NCBI GenBank assembly: GCA_035701545.1
Contig: DASSRW010000077.1
Span: 688 to 64,687, forward strand
Source: Pseudolabrys sp.
GTDB taxonomy: Bacteria; Pseudomonadota; Alphaproteobacteria; Rhizobiales; Xanthobacteraceae
DNA: 64,000 bases
Direction: 5' to 3'
Shown here piece after piece: positions 38,018-48,576 of the stretch. The notes beneath the pieces were generated by a model that saw nothing but the letters and a program-made list of their open reading frames with translations, made no database searches and had not been told where the DNA came from. Within the stretch, counting starts at the first letter, position 1. Every line of letters starts with the position of its first letter. Position numbers and translations under genes: made by a program.

Positions 38018-38891
38018 TCTCTTCGCGTCGCTCGGCAATCAAGCCGGTTGGCCGCACCGCGAGCGTCAGCAGAAGCAGCGCGAAGACGACGATATCGATC
38101 CAGCCCGGGTCGAGAAACTGGGTCGTATAGCTCTCGATCAGCCCCACGATGAGGCCGGCAATGATCGTGCCTTCGACATTGCCGAATCCACCGATAATCA
38201 CGATGGCGAACGCCTTGACGATGACCGACGTGCCGGCAAACGGCGTGAGCACCAGCACAGGCCCGAGCATCGCTCCGCCCATGCCTGCCAATGCCGAGGC
38301 GATCACGAATGTCAGCATGATCACATAGTTCGGGTTGATGCCCATGAGGCCGGCCGTCTCGCGGTCCTGCGAGACGGCGCGCAAGGCCTTGCCGAGAAAA
38401 GTGAACTTCATGAACAGGTAGAGCAGCGCGATCGTGAGAGCCGACACCACAATGATCAGTGCGTTTTGCACCGTCAGGAACGTGCCGCCGAGACGAATGA
38501 CCTGGTTGCTGTAAGGGGTATTGAATGCGTAAGGAATCGGCCCAAGCAGCACCAGCATCGCATTCTGCAGCATGATCGAAACGCCGATGGTTGCGATCAG
38601 CGGCAGCAGTTCGTTCCCGCGGTCCCGCAAGGGAGCGAAGATTGCCGCATTCATCATCCAGCCCAGCGCGGCTCCGACCACGAGCGCCACGGCGATGCCG
38701 GCAAAATAATTCCCGCTCAGCCAGTGCGTGACGAAATACGCGACGAACGCGCCGACGGTGACGATGTCGGCATGCGCGAAGTTGATCTGAACCAGGACGC
38801 CATAGATGAGGGTAAGCCCCAACGCGACCAGCACGTAGAGGCTTCCCACAACGACGCCGTTGATTCCCTGCTGAAGGACGACCGTCAGCAT
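38010..38891 (-). CDS. LivH-like permease
   Basis: ALGLTLIYGV...NFAHAD, RAVSQDRE, IIGGFG. Confidence 0.92.
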   Translation of the reverse strand: MLTVVLQQGINGVVVGSLYVLVALGLTLIYGVLVQINFAHADIVTVGAFVAYFVTHWLSGNYFAGIAVALVVGAALGWMMNAAIFAPLRDRGNELLPLIATIGVSIMLQNAMLVLLGPIPYAFNTPYSNQVIRLGGTFLTVQNALIIVVSALTIALLYLFMKFTFLGKALRAVSQDRETAGLMGINPNYVIMLTFVIASALAGMGGAMLGPVLVLTPFAGTSVIVKAFAIVIIGGFGNVEGTIIAGLIVGLIESYTTQFLDPGWIDIVVFALLLLTLAVRPTGLIAERREENV

Positions 38892-38901
38892 GCCGGCAGG
38901 A

Positions 38902-40059
38902 CTAGTTCCACTTCAGCGCGGTCCAGGAGAGATCAGGCTTCGTCTCCATGTAGTGGACGGTGTCCATCTTTGTGTTCTGGTTGTGCTTGTCGAATTCGAC
39001 GCTGCCGGTGACCCCGACGAAGTTCTTCGTCGCGGCGAGCCCGTCCCGAATCGACTGGGCATCCTTGCCGCCACGCCGTACCACGTCGGCGATCAGCATG
39101 ATCTGGTCATAAGCGTGTGCATTCAGGTGCGTCGGACTCTGGTTGTACTTGGCTTTGAAAGCATCGACGAACTTCCGCACGACTTCGCGCTGGTCCGTGG
39201 GATCGAATTGCACGATGCGGATGTATCCCACCGCCGCCTTGCCGGCCTTTTGCTCGAAGCCGAACGGCAGCCAGATCGTGCCGAGCTGAATGGCGTGTCC
39301 GCCGCCACCCTTGACGACGCCGGCCTGTGCGAGCGCTTGCGTGATTTTCAGCCCCTGACCCTCGAGCGTGTAGGTCGGGATTACATCGATCTTTCCGAGC
39401 CCCGCCACGCGCGTCGCAATTGACGTGAAGTCGTTGACGTCTCGGCCGAAGCCGATATCGGCAAGGATCTTTCCGCCGTCCTTCGTAAACGTATCCGCGA
39501 ACACTTTGGCATTGCCGATGCCGGCGTTGGTGTTTTCGTGAAGGATGACGGCGGTCCGTGCATTGAGCCGCTTGTAGGCATTGTTCGCAATGTCGATGCC
39601 CTGCATCACCTCGTTCGGCATGATGCGGAACGTCCAGGGATTGCCCGGATCTGTGATCTTGATCGACGACGAGCCTGCGTTGAGCAGCGGAATTTTGGCC
39701 TGCGCCATCACGGGCATGATGGCGAGCGTCGCGTCCGAGCATTCTTCGCCGATTGCGACGTCGGGCTTGAACTGGTCGATCAGCCGTTTGGCCGCCTGTG
39801 TCGCGGGCAACGGGCTGCATGCCGAGTCCTCATACTTGACCTCGAACTTGTAGCCGTTCACGCCCGTCTTGTTGAGCTGCTCGAGTGCGAGCTCGACGCC
39901 CTGCTTGTCTTGCGTACCGAAATAGGAGCCCGGCCCGGAAATCGGAAACAGTGCGCCGATCTTGATGATCTTGTCCGCGGCAAAGGTTGCCGTCGAGATT
40001 GCCTGTGCCCCGAAGATCGTGGCAACCGTCAGCAGTGCGCCATACAGCCACTTTGTCAT
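38902..40059 (-). CDS. LivK-like substrate-binding protein
   Basis: Signal peptide; KIGALFPISG, YEDSAC, NAHAYD; ATG after GGAGGA. Confidence 0.9.
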   Translation of the reverse strand: MTKWLYGALLTVATIFGAQAISTATFAADKIIKIGALFPISGPGSYFGTQDKQGVELALEQLNKTGVNGYKFEVKYEDSACSPLPATQAAKRLIDQFKPDVAIGEECSDATLAIMPVMAQAKIPLLNAGSSSIKITDPGNPWTFRIMPNEVMQGIDIANNAYKRLNARTAVILHENTNAGIGNAKVFADTFTKDGGKILADIGFGRDVNDFTSIATRVAGLGKIDVIPTYTLEGQGLKITQALAQAGVVKGGGGHAIQLGTIWLPFGFEQKAGKAAVGYIRIVQFDPTDQREVVRKFVDAFKAKYNQSPTHLNAHAYDQIMLIADVVRRGGKDAQSIRDGLAATKNFVGVTGSVEFDKHNQNTKMDTVHYMETKPDLSWTALKWN

Positions 40060-40337
40060 TGTTGTCCTCCCACGCTGGCGCAATATTAGACCCGTATTCC
40101 ATCCGACTTGGCAATGGGCTGAGTGGGCTGAAGCACGGTACCTATTGACCCATCTCGTGCGCCAAGCGCCCCTCGACTCCTGAGGCGGCCGCGCCAAATT
40201 GAAAGTCCGCGGTTGTGTCCCGGGGCCGTGCAACCTCCAGCGAGAGCCGATCAATGCCCGGATGCGCGGGGCGCACCGAGACTTCATCATCGACTGGGCC
40301 GCTCCGTGATCGGTGACCCTTGGGTCAATGGGCGGGA

Positions 40338-40560
40338 CTATCTATTCGCAATTCGAGATGGCGCCCGCCTTTGTAGAGGTACCATTTCGTCCGCGACAAT
40401 TCGGGCGCCTCCTGGCCGCGTGCCGATGGTCAGTTTTCGTTGGTGAAAGGCCGCGAGTTCGGGGCGGTGCGCGACGCTGATCACCGTGGCCGTGGAAAGG
40501 CGGCCCAAAACGAGGCGCATCATGTCAGCTTGCGCCCGCACGTGCAGCGCGGATGTCGCC
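40338..40560 (-). pseudogene. 3' remnant of an ABCD/YddA-like ABC transporter
   Basis: ATSALH...QADMMRLV...ATVISVAHRPELAAFHQRKL resembles the post-Walker-B and H-loop end of ABCD/YddA transporters; no intact upstream frame. Confidence 0.6.
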
Positions 40561-40652
40561 GAGCGGGCAGCCGTTTTTTCGCGCGTCCGCTGTATCGCGA
40601 GCATTGCCGGCATGCGCGTCCGGAACCTCTGCCGCGCGTCACGGAGGCACTC

Positions 40653-40677
40653 GGAACCGTCGCGCCGTTCCCGCGTT
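40653..40677 (+). promoter_or_regulatory. EcfG/sigmaT-type promoter GGAAC-N16-CGTT
   Basis: GGAAC cgtcgcgccgttcccg CGTT, about 100 bp upstream of the methyltransferase ATG. Confidence 0.65.
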
Positions 40678-40773
40678 CGTAAAAGGGATTTTCTGGCAGC
40701 AAGCAGGGCAGGTGATACGCGGCGCTCAACCGTACGGCGTCCCGACACGTGCACAAATCGCGCAAAGCGGACG

Positions 40774-41550
40774 ATGAAAATACTCGATTACGAGACAGAG
40801 CTGAAGATGCTTGAGCAGGCGATCAGGTCGCAGGCGCGTCCTGATGCAATTTTGCAGGTTCTTGAGGCCGGCTGCGGGCGGGAATGGTACTTTGAACTGG
40901 ACGGGGTCTCGTACGAGGTCACCGGAGTTGATCTGGACGCGCACGCGTTGCAATCCCGGCAAAGCCAAAAGCGCGATTTGAATCGTGGAATTGTCGGAGA
41001 TCTGCGTACCGTTAACCTGCCTGCCTCCCATTTTGACGTGATCTATTGCTCGTTCGTGCTCGAGCACATCCAGGGCGCGGCGCTCGCGCTCGACAATTTT
41101 GCAAAATGGCTCAAGCCGGGCGGCTTGCTGATTGTCCGGGTGCCTGATGTCACCGGCGTCCAGACGTTTCTCGCCAGGTCGCTGCCGCGCTGGTGCGCCA
41201 TCGCCTACTATCGCCACGCTTGGGGCATCAAGGATGCGGGAAAACCGGGTTTTGCGCCCTATCCCGCTTTTTACGATGATGTGATCTCGCCCTCCGGCTT
41301 CCACGCGTATTGCAACATCCGAGGCCTGGAAATTGCCGACGAGCTGGGCGTCGGCACATACAGATCGCGCGGGAGAGGGGTCCTTCGGCAGGTCCTGTCC
41401 GCCGCCGCAAGACTCGTCAGCATCGCGAGCGGCGGAAAAATTCACGATCGGTTCGTCGATCGGACATTTGTTGTCCGAAAGCCGGAGACACCGCTTTCTG
41501 CCGGCGCCAGGCGGCCGGAGGCTACAGAGCCACTGCTCGCTGGTGCATGA
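40774..41550 (+). CDS. Class I SAM-dependent methyltransferase
   Basis: VLEAGCG, TGVDLD, FDVIYCSFVLEHI, WLKPGG. Confidence 0.88.
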   Translation: MKILDYETELKMLEQAIRSQARPDAILQVLEAGCGREWYFELDGVSYEVTGVDLDAHALQSRQSQKRDLNRGIVGDLRTVNLPASHFDVIYCSFVLEHIQGAALALDNFAKWLKPGGLLIVRVPDVTGVQTFLARSLPRWCAIAYYRHAWGIKDAGKPGFAPYPAFYDDVISPSGFHAYCNIRGLEIADELGVGTYRSRGRGVLRQVLSAAARLVSIASGGKIHDRFVDRTFVVRKPETPLSAGARRPEATEPLLAGA

Positions 41551-43495
41551 CCGGCTCTCGGGCTGCAGTTTTCTGTCCAGCGAGCCACGCCTGAAGCGTG
41601 AGCACATTCCACAGCGGTGAGCACCATTCCTCTCGCCCTGGCGTTCTTGCCAGATGATCGCGCCAACGCGCGCGGACAAGTTCGGGCTGCAGAATGCCTT
41701 GCGAGCGGATGGAGTTCTCGTCGAGCAGATCGTCCGCCCAACGCCTGAGCGGTCCCCGCAGCCAGGCGGCGAGCGGGGGGACGAAACCCCATTTCGGACG
41801 CTCGAACAGCTTGCGCGGGACGTGACGCGCGAGAACGTCTCGCAGCAGCAATTTGCCTTTGCCGGCGTGCGCATGCTTTGCAGCGGGGAGCGACCACGCG
41901 AACGAAATGACCCTGTGGTCGAGCAACGGCACGCGCGCCTCAAGTCCGGCCGACATTGTGGCGCGATCCACCTTGGTCAGTACGTGGTCGGGGAGATAGG
42001 TCAGAAAATCGATCAGGCGGAGCCGGTCCACGAAATCCGGAACATCGTGGCTGCCCGCCGGATCCCAATGCAAGCCGTACGGCTCACTTGTGCCGAGCAC
42101 GAGTTTTTCGGGTCGCGGCCAATGGCTTTGGAGCTGCCGATAGAGCGCGAGGCCGTCTCCCTCATGCAGGAAGTTCGAAAGCTTGTGCCATTTGTCCTGC
42201 GCCCCGGGCGAGCTTAACGGCAGCAAGGAGCGGGCCATGTCGGAGTGTTCCGTCAATTTCGAGGCATGATCGAGCAGGGCGGCCAATCGCGGCCTGACCG
42301 GCCGCGGAATGCGGCTGAACATTCTCCACAATCGTTTGGCCTGGAAATATCGCGAATAGCCGGCAAACAGCTCATCACCCCCATCGCCCGAAAGGGCGAC
42401 AGTGACGTGCTCCCGCGTGAGCCCGGCCAGAAGGTATGTCGGTATCTGCGAGGGATCGGCAAAGGGCTCGTCGAAATAATAGCTGAGCCTTGGAACGATC
42501 TTCAGCAGATCGCCATCGTCAACATAGAGCTCGGTATGCGAGGTGCCGAGATGCGCGGCGACCTGCTTGGCGTGGACAGCTTCGTTGAAGTCATTGTTGG
42601 CGAAACCGATCGTGAACGTTCGAATCGGCCGCGGGCTGTTCGCCTGCATAAGAGCGACGACGGTCGACGAATCGATTCCGCCTGAAAGAAATGCTCCGAG
42701 CGGCACGTCGGAAATCATGCAGCGGCGCACCGCATCGCCGAGCAATTCCTCGAGCTCGTCGGTAACAGCAGATTTGACCGCCCGTTTCGGTTGCGCGGCG
42801 ATTTCTCGAATGTCCCAATAGCAGCGGTCCGTCACGCCCCCGCCGGCATCGATCGTGATGATGTGACCCGGTTCGAGCTTGTAAACATTCCGGTAAACGC
42901 TGCGCGGCGCCGCGATGTATCCATACCTCATAAACCCCGCGATCGCGTCGCGGTCGAGAGTGCCGTCAAAGCTCGGATGGCTGCGGATCGCTTTCAGTTC
43001 GGACCCGAAAAGGAAAACGGACCCGAAACGCGCCCAGTAGAGCGGCTTTATTCCCGCTCGATCGCGGACCAGCGTGAGGGCACGTCGTTCTTCATCCCAC
43101 AGGGCGAATGCAAACATGCCATTCAAGGCCTCGACACAGCGTTCGATGCCCCAGGCTACGCATCCTTCGACGATGACTTCGGTATCGGAATGACCGCGGA
43201 ATTTGACGCCCTTTGCCTTCAGCGACAGCCCCAGCTCCGTCGCGTTGTACACCTCGCCGTTGTAGGTGATCACAAACCGGCCGTTTGCCGAAGCCATTGG
43301 CTGACGGCCGGCAGGCGACAGATCGATGATTGCGAGGCGCCGATGACCCAGCGCGACGCCGGCCGCCGGATTCGTCCACACGTCTTCCCCGTCAGGCCCC
43401 CGGTGCGCCAAGCTTCTGGTCATCGCGGCTGCCGACGCGGCAAGCGTCTCGTCGTATGCGCCTCGCATGTCGAAGACGCCCGCGATTCCGCACAT
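41522..43495 (-). CDS. asnB: Asparagine synthase (glutamine-hydrolyzing)-type amidotransferase
   Basis: MCGIAG N-terminal Cys, HRGPD, NGEVYN, SDTEV, LSGGIDSS, SGDGGDELFAGY. Confidence 0.93.
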   Translation of the reverse strand: MCGIAGVFDMRGAYDETLAASAAAMTRSLAHRGPDGEDVWTNPAAGVALGHRRLAIIDLSPAGRQPMASANGRFVITYNGEVYNATELGLSLKAKGVKFRGHSDTEVIVEGCVAWGIERCVEALNGMFAFALWDEERRALTLVRDRAGIKPLYWARFGSVFLFGSELKAIRSHPSFDGTLDRDAIAGFMRYGYIAAPRSVYRNVYKLEPGHIITIDAGGGVTDRCYWDIREIAAQPKRAVKSAVTDELEELLGDAVRRCMISDVPLGAFLSGGIDSSTVVALMQANSPRPIRTFTIGFANNDFNEAVHAKQVAAHLGTSHTELYVDDGDLLKIVPRLSYYFDEPFADPSQIPTYLLAGLTREHVTVALSGDGGDELFAGYSRYFQAKRLWRMFSRIPRPVRPRLAALLDHASKLTEHSDMARSLLPLSSPGAQDKWHKLSNFLHEGDGLALYRQLQSHWPRPEKLVLGTSEPYGLHWDPAGSHDVPDFVDRLRLIDFLTYLPDHVLTKVDRATMSAGLEARVPLLDHRVISFAWSLPAAKHAHAGKGKLLLRDVLARHVPRKLFERPKWGFVPPLAAWLRGPLRRWADDLLDENSIRSQGILQPELVRARWRDHLARTPGREEWCSPLWNVLTLQAWLAGQKTAAREPVMHQRAVAL

Positions 43496-43637
43496 TACGA
43501 GCCGCTCCGCGTGCAGGCCTCTGCCTGGCGCATCAACTGGCCAAGGCTCCGCAGAACTCGGCTGCCGTAGCAAAACTCGGACAATCGCTGCAGCATGACG
43601 AATTCACGCGCGATGTGGTCTCTAAAACGCCGTCCCG

Positions 43638-44648
43638 TCACGCGACGGCTTGTTTATCCTGTAGGCCTTGTGCGGGCGGCTCGTTTTGCCGGCGGGCGCG
43701 TTCGAGCTCGATGTTGTTGACGAACCATGCGTAGACGTCCGCGATGCCTTCCCTGAGACGGCGGCGCGGCTGCCACCCGAGCGAGCGCAGAACCTCGGAG
43801 TTCAGCAATTTGCGCGGCGTTCCGTCCGGTCGCGTCGGATCGCGCTCGATGGCGCCCTTGAAGCCCACGACGTCGCAGACAAGTTTCGCAAGATCCAGGA
43901 TCGTTATGTCCTGGCCTGCGCCGATATTGACCGGCTGATCCCCCGAATAGGCTTTGGCGAGGTGCACGATCGCGTCCGCACAATCGTCGACGTGGAGAAA
44001 TTCCCGTCGCGGGGTTCCGCTTCCCCAGATGACGAGCTTGTCGGCGTTCCGGAGCTTTGCATCATGCGCCTTGCGGATGAGAGCCGGCAGCACGTGGCTC
44101 GAGTGAAGGTCGAAATTGTCCCCGGGGCCGTAGAGGTTGGTCGGCATCACGGACATGAAGGCGTCGCCATATTGCTTGCGGTAGGCCTGGACCAGCTTGA
44201 TGCCGGCGATCTTCGCTATCGCGTACCACTCATTGGTCTGTTCGAGCGGACCTGCAAGAAGCGCGTCCTCGGCAATGGGTTGCGGCGCCAATTTTGGATA
44301 GACGCAGGAAGAGCCAAGAAACACCAATCTTTCTGCCCCGACGCGGTGAGCGGCGGCGATCAGATTGGCCTCAATCATCAGATTGTCGTAGAGGAAATCG
44401 ACCGGATACGTCGTATTCGCTGCGATACCGCCGACCTTGGCCGCTGCAATAAACACGACCTGAGGACGGGTTTGAGCCATCCAGCTTTGGGTTTGTTGTT
44501 GCTGCGTCAGATCGACGTGCATGCGATCGGCTGTGACAATCTCGCAGTGCTCCGAGGCGAGCCGGCGCACGAGCGCCGATCCGACCATGCCGCGGTGGCC
44601 GGCGACAAAGACGCGCTTTCCCGCCAGAGAGTAGAAGGTGCCGCTCAT
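43638..44648 (-). CDS. fcl: GDP-L-fucose synthase
   Basis: [45 protein letters not shown]. Confidence 0.95.
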   Translation of the reverse strand: MSGTFYSLAGKRVFVAGHRGMVGSALVRRLASEHCEIVTADRMHVDLTQQQQTQSWMAQTRPQVVFIAAAKVGGIAANTTYPVDFLYDNLMIEANLIAAAHRVGAERLVFLGSSCVYPKLAPQPIAEDALLAGPLEQTNEWYAIAKIAGIKLVQAYRKQYGDAFMSVMPTNLYGPGDNFDLHSSHVLPALIRKAHDAKLRNADKLVIWGSGTPRREFLHVDDCADAIVHLAKAYSGDQPVNIGAGQDITILDLAKLVCDVVGFKGAIERDPTRPDGTPRKLLNSEVLRSLGWQPRRRLREGIADVYAWFVNNIELERARRQNEPPAQGLQDKQAVA

Positions 44649-45724
44649 TCCGCAGCCTCGCGTAGATGGCCGATGTAGGCGTCGCGCTTCAGCGCGTCGA
44701 GATCGGATTGCAGCATCTCACGCACGAGCTCCGCAAAGCTTGTTGTGTGATGCCAGCCCAAGCGCTGACGCGCCTTTCCGGAATCGCCGACCAGCAAGTC
44801 AACCTCATTCGGCCGAAAGTACCGCGGATCCACCTCGACAAGAATTTCCCCCGTCCTTGCATCGATGCCTTTTTCATCGACTCCTTGGCCCTGCCAGGAA
44901 ATTGAGCGGTTGACCTCTTCGAAGGCAAGCTCGACAAACTCCCGCACCGAGTGACATTCGCCGGTGGATAGCACGTAGTCGTCGGGCTCGTCCTGCTGCA
45001 CGATCCGCCACATGCCTTCGACATAGTCGCGCGCATGCCCCCAGTCGCGCCGCGCGTTCAGGTTGCCGAGATAGAGCTTGCTCTGAAGCCCCAGCTCAAT
45101 CGCCGCAACGGCCCGCGTGATCTTGCGCGTCACGAAGGTCTCGCCGCGGATCGGGCTCTCGTGATTGAAGAGGATGCCGTTCGACGCGTGAATTCCGTAA
45201 GCCTCGCGGTAGTTCACGGTAATCCAGTACGCATATAGCTTGGCGGCGGCGTAGGGACTGCGAGGATAAAACGGCGTGGCCTCGCGCTGCGGCGTTTCCT
45301 GCACGAGGCCGTACAGCTCCGACGTCGATGCCTGGTAGAAGCGCGTTTTCTTTTCCATGCCCAGGATTCGGATCGCCTCGAGCAAGCGGAGCGGTCCTAT
45401 GCCGTCGGCATTGGCCGTGTATTCCGGCGTCTCGAACGACACCTTCACATGGCTTTGTGCGGCAAGATTGTAGATTTCGTCAGGCTGCGTCTGTTGCAGG
45501 ATGCGGATCAGGTTTGTCGAGTCGGTCAGGTCGCCGTAGTGCGTCAGAAATCGCAGGTTTCCCTCGTGAGGATCCTGATAAAGGTGCTCGATACGCGCTG
45601 AATTGAAGGATGACGAACGCCGGCGAAGGCCGTGAACAACGTAGCCCTTTGTCAGCAGGAGCTCGGCCAAATACGCGCCGTCTTGCCCCGTAACGCCGGT
45701 TACCAACGCAACTTTTCGGTTCAT
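44645..45724 (-). CDS. gmd: GDP-mannose 4,6-dehydratase
   Basis: [41 protein letters not shown]. Confidence 0.97.
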   Translation of the reverse strand: MNRKVALVTGVTGQDGAYLAELLLTKGYVVHGLRRRSSSFNSARIEHLYQDPHEGNLRFLTHYGDLTDSTNLIRILQQTQPDEIYNLAAQSHVKVSFETPEYTANADGIGPLRLLEAIRILGMEKKTRFYQASTSELYGLVQETPQREATPFYPRSPYAAAKLYAYWITVNYREAYGIHASNGILFNHESPIRGETFVTRKITRAVAAIELGLQSKLYLGNLNARRDWGHARDYVEGMWRIVQQDEPDDYVLSTGECHSVREFVELAFEEVNRSISWQGQGVDEKGIDARTGEILVEVDPRYFRPNEVDLLVGDSGKARQRLGWHHTTSFAELVREMLQSDLDALKRDAYIGHLREAAE

Positions 45725-45947
45725 TGAGACCCCGCGGCCGCAATGGGCAAAAAATCAGCAGCCCCCGGCGACATTCAGTTCTCATAAGCCGGTGGTGGCG
45801 CGTTGGTTCCGTGGGGGGCTTGCCGCGGTCTTTTTTGAGAGCTTTCGAGGATACGCGCCGCGGTTGGCCGGCCGTGGCTTCACGCCGGAGTCGTTGCGGC
45901 AGTATGGCGGTACGGTACCAAGCCCGCGGCAAATATTTCCCGGTCGT

Positions 45948-45972
45948 GGAACTCGCCATTGCCTCGGACGTT
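45948..45972 (+). promoter_or_regulatory. EcfG/sigmaT-type promoter GGAAC-N16-CGTT
   Basis: GGAAC tcgccattgcctcgga CGTT immediately upstream of the GT2-wzx-ATP-grasp operon. Confidence 0.7.
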
Positions 45973-45987
45973 GGTCGGCGAGGGTAA

Positions 45988-47070
45988 TTGCTCGTCGATT
46001 CCTTGCACCGGGCGGCCGTTCGCGAAACTCCGCGGCGCGATCACTGTGGATCAATCGTGCCCATAACATCGGCAGAAGTATCGAATGTCAGCACCGCCTC
46101 CGGCTTCTCCGTTGCGCCTGCCGTCAGCATTGTCACTCCTTTCCACAATCGCGCATCCTTGTTGCCGGCGATCCTGCAAACGCTCGCGCAGCAAACCTTC
46201 CGGGAGTTTGAGCTTATTGTCGTCGACGACGGCTCGGAAGATGATCTGGGTCCGATTGTCGAGAAGGTCCGAACGGCTTTTCCGCTTCGGATGATTCGCC
46301 TCAGCCGCAACCTGGGCGCCGCTTCGGCAAGAAACGTCGGGCTTGAGGCAGCCGAAGGACGCTATGTCGCGTTCCTCGATAGCGATGATAGCTGGCACCC
46401 GGAAAAGCTGCGCCGGCAGTTCGATCACCTGAACCGCGCTTCGGACGGCGGTCGGCTCGTAAGTCTCACACGGCAGCTCGTCGTTGGCGCTCGCACCTAC
46501 GTTACGCCGCGCCGGCTGGCGCGGCGCAACGATTCGGTCGGCCGCTACTTATTCCAATGCGGCGGCGTCATACAGTCCAGCATGATATTTCTGCCTACCG
46601 GTCTCGCGAGGTCGGCGCGGTTCGCCGATGGTGCGCGGGGTCATGACGACTGGTCATTTGCGCTCCGGCTGGAGAACGTCGGCGCCAGATTCGAAATGCT
46701 TCCAGAGGTTCTGACGATATACAATGACGAGCAGGGACGCGCGCGCCGCTCGCCCGAATACTCTGAAAAACGATTTGAGTGGCTGCAGCAATCGCGTCAG
46801 CAGCTCGGCGAGGCGCCGTATCTGGCTGCGCGCGCCGCCTTTGCTTCGCGCATGGGCGCGCGGCGCTCGTTCGACTTGTTCCGCATGATCGTGGTTGCTT
46901 GCGTGCGCGGCGCAATATCGCCGTGGCGGGCCGGTTACTACGCGGCAAGCTTCGCTTTTCCCTCATTCAGGACTGCGTGCGTGCGCGCAAAGGAAATCTG
47001 GCTGAGCCTGCGCTTGCCGCGTGGTCCGGGAAGACCGGGAAAATCCCGATTTCGGCCAATCGTTCGATAG
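45988..47070 (+). CDS. GT2 family glycosyltransferase (start uncertain)
   Basis: VSIVTPFHN, IVVDDGS, ARNVG, FLDSDD. Confidence 0.9.
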   Translation: MLVDSLHRAAVRETPRRDHCGSIVPITSAEVSNVSTASGFSVAPAVSIVTPFHNRASLLPAILQTLAQQTFREFELIVVDDGSEDDLGPIVEKVRTAFPLRMIRLSRNLGAASARNVGLEAAEGRYVAFLDSDDSWHPEKLRRQFDHLNRASDGGRLVSLTRQLVVGARTYVTPRRLARRNDSVGRYLFQCGGVIQSSMIFLPTGLARSARFADGARGHDDWSFALRLENVGARFEMLPEVLTIYNDEQGRARRSPEYSEKRFEWLQQSRQQLGEAPYLAARAAFASRMGARRSFDLFRMIVVACVRGAISPWRAGYYAASFAFPSFRTACVRAKEIWLSLRLPRGPGRPGKSRFRPIVR

Positions 47071-47121
47071 GACGAAGGCGGCTCGAAACATTCCTCCAGC
47101 TCGCAATGAGCGCCCAATCAG

Positions 47122-48576
47122 ATGTCGCTGCAAAGTACCCTGAAATCCTTGATCTGGCCGTTCATCGAAGCGATCAGCGGAATACTCTCCGGTGCGGTCG
47201 CCGTGCTGGTCATCGCTCGAATTATCGGAGCGGAAGCGTTCGGGCTTGGATCGATTGCCCTGGGCGTCGTGCTGATCGCTCAGGTCGGCGTCAACAGCCT
47301 GGTCCACGATGCTTTGGTCCGCAGCGAACATCTCGTTCGCGACGACGTCGACGTCGGATTCACGGCGTCCGTTGTCGCGGCGATCGCTATCGGTCTGATT
47401 GTGGCGTCGGCGGCGCCGGTCGTTGCCTATTTCGTCAAGCACGACGCCATCACGATTCTCGTCTGGGCGTTCACGCCGATTCTCGTCTTCTCGGCCTTGC
47501 CAATGACGATGATCGCGGAGCGGCGGCGGGCGCTGGATTTCAACACCGTCGCGATCCACCAGATTATCGGGAGGAGCGTGGGTGTGGTGCTCGGGGTCGG
47601 AGCGGCACTGGAAGGCGCCGGCGTCTGGAGCCTCGTCATCCAGTACACCTGCGCGAGCATGTACATGGCGATCGCGATGTACGCGCTGGCGCCGCGCTGG
47701 CCGCGCCTGCGTTTCTCATGGGAACGGCTCGCACCCATGCTCAGTTTTTGCTCGCCGATCATTGCAAGCCAGTTGATGATCTACGCGACCAACTGGTTCT
47801 TTCTCTTCACGATGGGCCGCTGGCACGGGCTCGGCGCGGCCGGGCACTGGAGCGTCGCCATGCGGCTTGCGGACGGCCTGTTCGGCGGCATCATGCAGGC
47901 GGCCTACCAGGTGGCGTTGGCAAGTCTTGCGCTGCATCAGGCCGCGCGCGAGCGGTTGAGAGACGCGCTGGTGAAGGGACAGGCGCTGTCCGGATTGGTG
48001 GCGATTCCCTTGCTGGTGGCGCTGGCCGCCGCGGCCGAGCCGCTTTTGCAGTTGCTGCTGGGGCCAGGCTGGGGTCCGGCGGGACAGCTGGCCTTGGGCC
48101 CTTTGGTCGGGTCGTTTCTCTTTCTGCGGCAGATCCTGCCGAGCACCGCGCTGCGCGTGATCGGCATCTCGGCCGTCTCGCTGGCTGCGACGCTTGCCAA
48201 CGCGGCGACCGCGTGCGCCGGCCTTGTCCTGTTTGGCCATTACTCCCCACTGGCGATAAGCGCGGTATACGCGCTCTCGATCCTGCCCGGCTACTCGCTG
48301 ATCTATTTCGTGGCCGCGCGCAAATTTTCTCTGCCGGTCGAGCGCGGGCTTGCCGCGCTCGGACGCGATCTCGCTTTGGCGATGATGGCGTTTGCGTTGG
48401 CCCGAAGCATCACCGGCCAGCTTCACAGCCCGTCATTGCTGCTGAAAGTCGCGGTCGCCGGCTCGACGGCGTTTCTGGTTGCGGCAGTGTTGCTGGCGCT
48501 GTCGCAGCGAAAGTTCTTTCAGGCCGTGCTTGTTGCCGAATTGAAGGGCGCTGGCGCTGAAAACAAAATCCGATGA
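47122..48576 (+). CDS. Wzx-type oligosaccharide flippase
   Basis: About 12-14 hydrophobic segments; GVWSLVIQ, LLGPGW; polysaccharide context. Confidence 0.88.
   Translation: MSLQSTLKSLIWPFIEAISGILSGAVAVLVIARIIGAEAFGLGSIALGVVLIAQVGVNSLVHDALVRSEHLVRDDVDVGFTASVVAAIAIGLIVASAAPVVAYFVKHDAITILVWAFTPILVFSALPMTMIAERRRALDFNTVAIHQIIGRSVGVVLGVGAALEGAGVWSLVIQYTCASMYMAIAMYALAPRWPRLRFSWERLAPMLSFCSPIIASQLMIYATNWFFLFTMGRWHGLGAAGHWSVAMRLADGLFGGIMQAAYQVALASLALHQAARERLRDALVKGQALSGLVAIPLLVALAAAAEPLLQLLLGPGWGPAGQLALGPLVGSFLFLRQILPSTALRVIGISAVSLAATLANAATACAGLVLFGHYSPLAISAVYALSILPGYSLIYFVAARKFSLPVERGLAALGRDLALAMMAFALARSITGQLHSPSLLLKVAVAGSTAFLVAAVLLALSQRKFFQAVLVAELKGAGAENKIR

Noticed and set aside
41522-43495. Lasso peptide cyclase / RiPP cluster
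   Set aside because: Intact N-terminal Cys glutaminase domain, no B1/B2 proteins or precursor; co-operonic with gmd-fcl
45906-45915. ops/JUMPstart element (GGCGGTAC) before the glycan operon
   Set aside because: Mismatch to GGCGGTAG, no JUMPstart context, and RfaH control is not expected in this lineage
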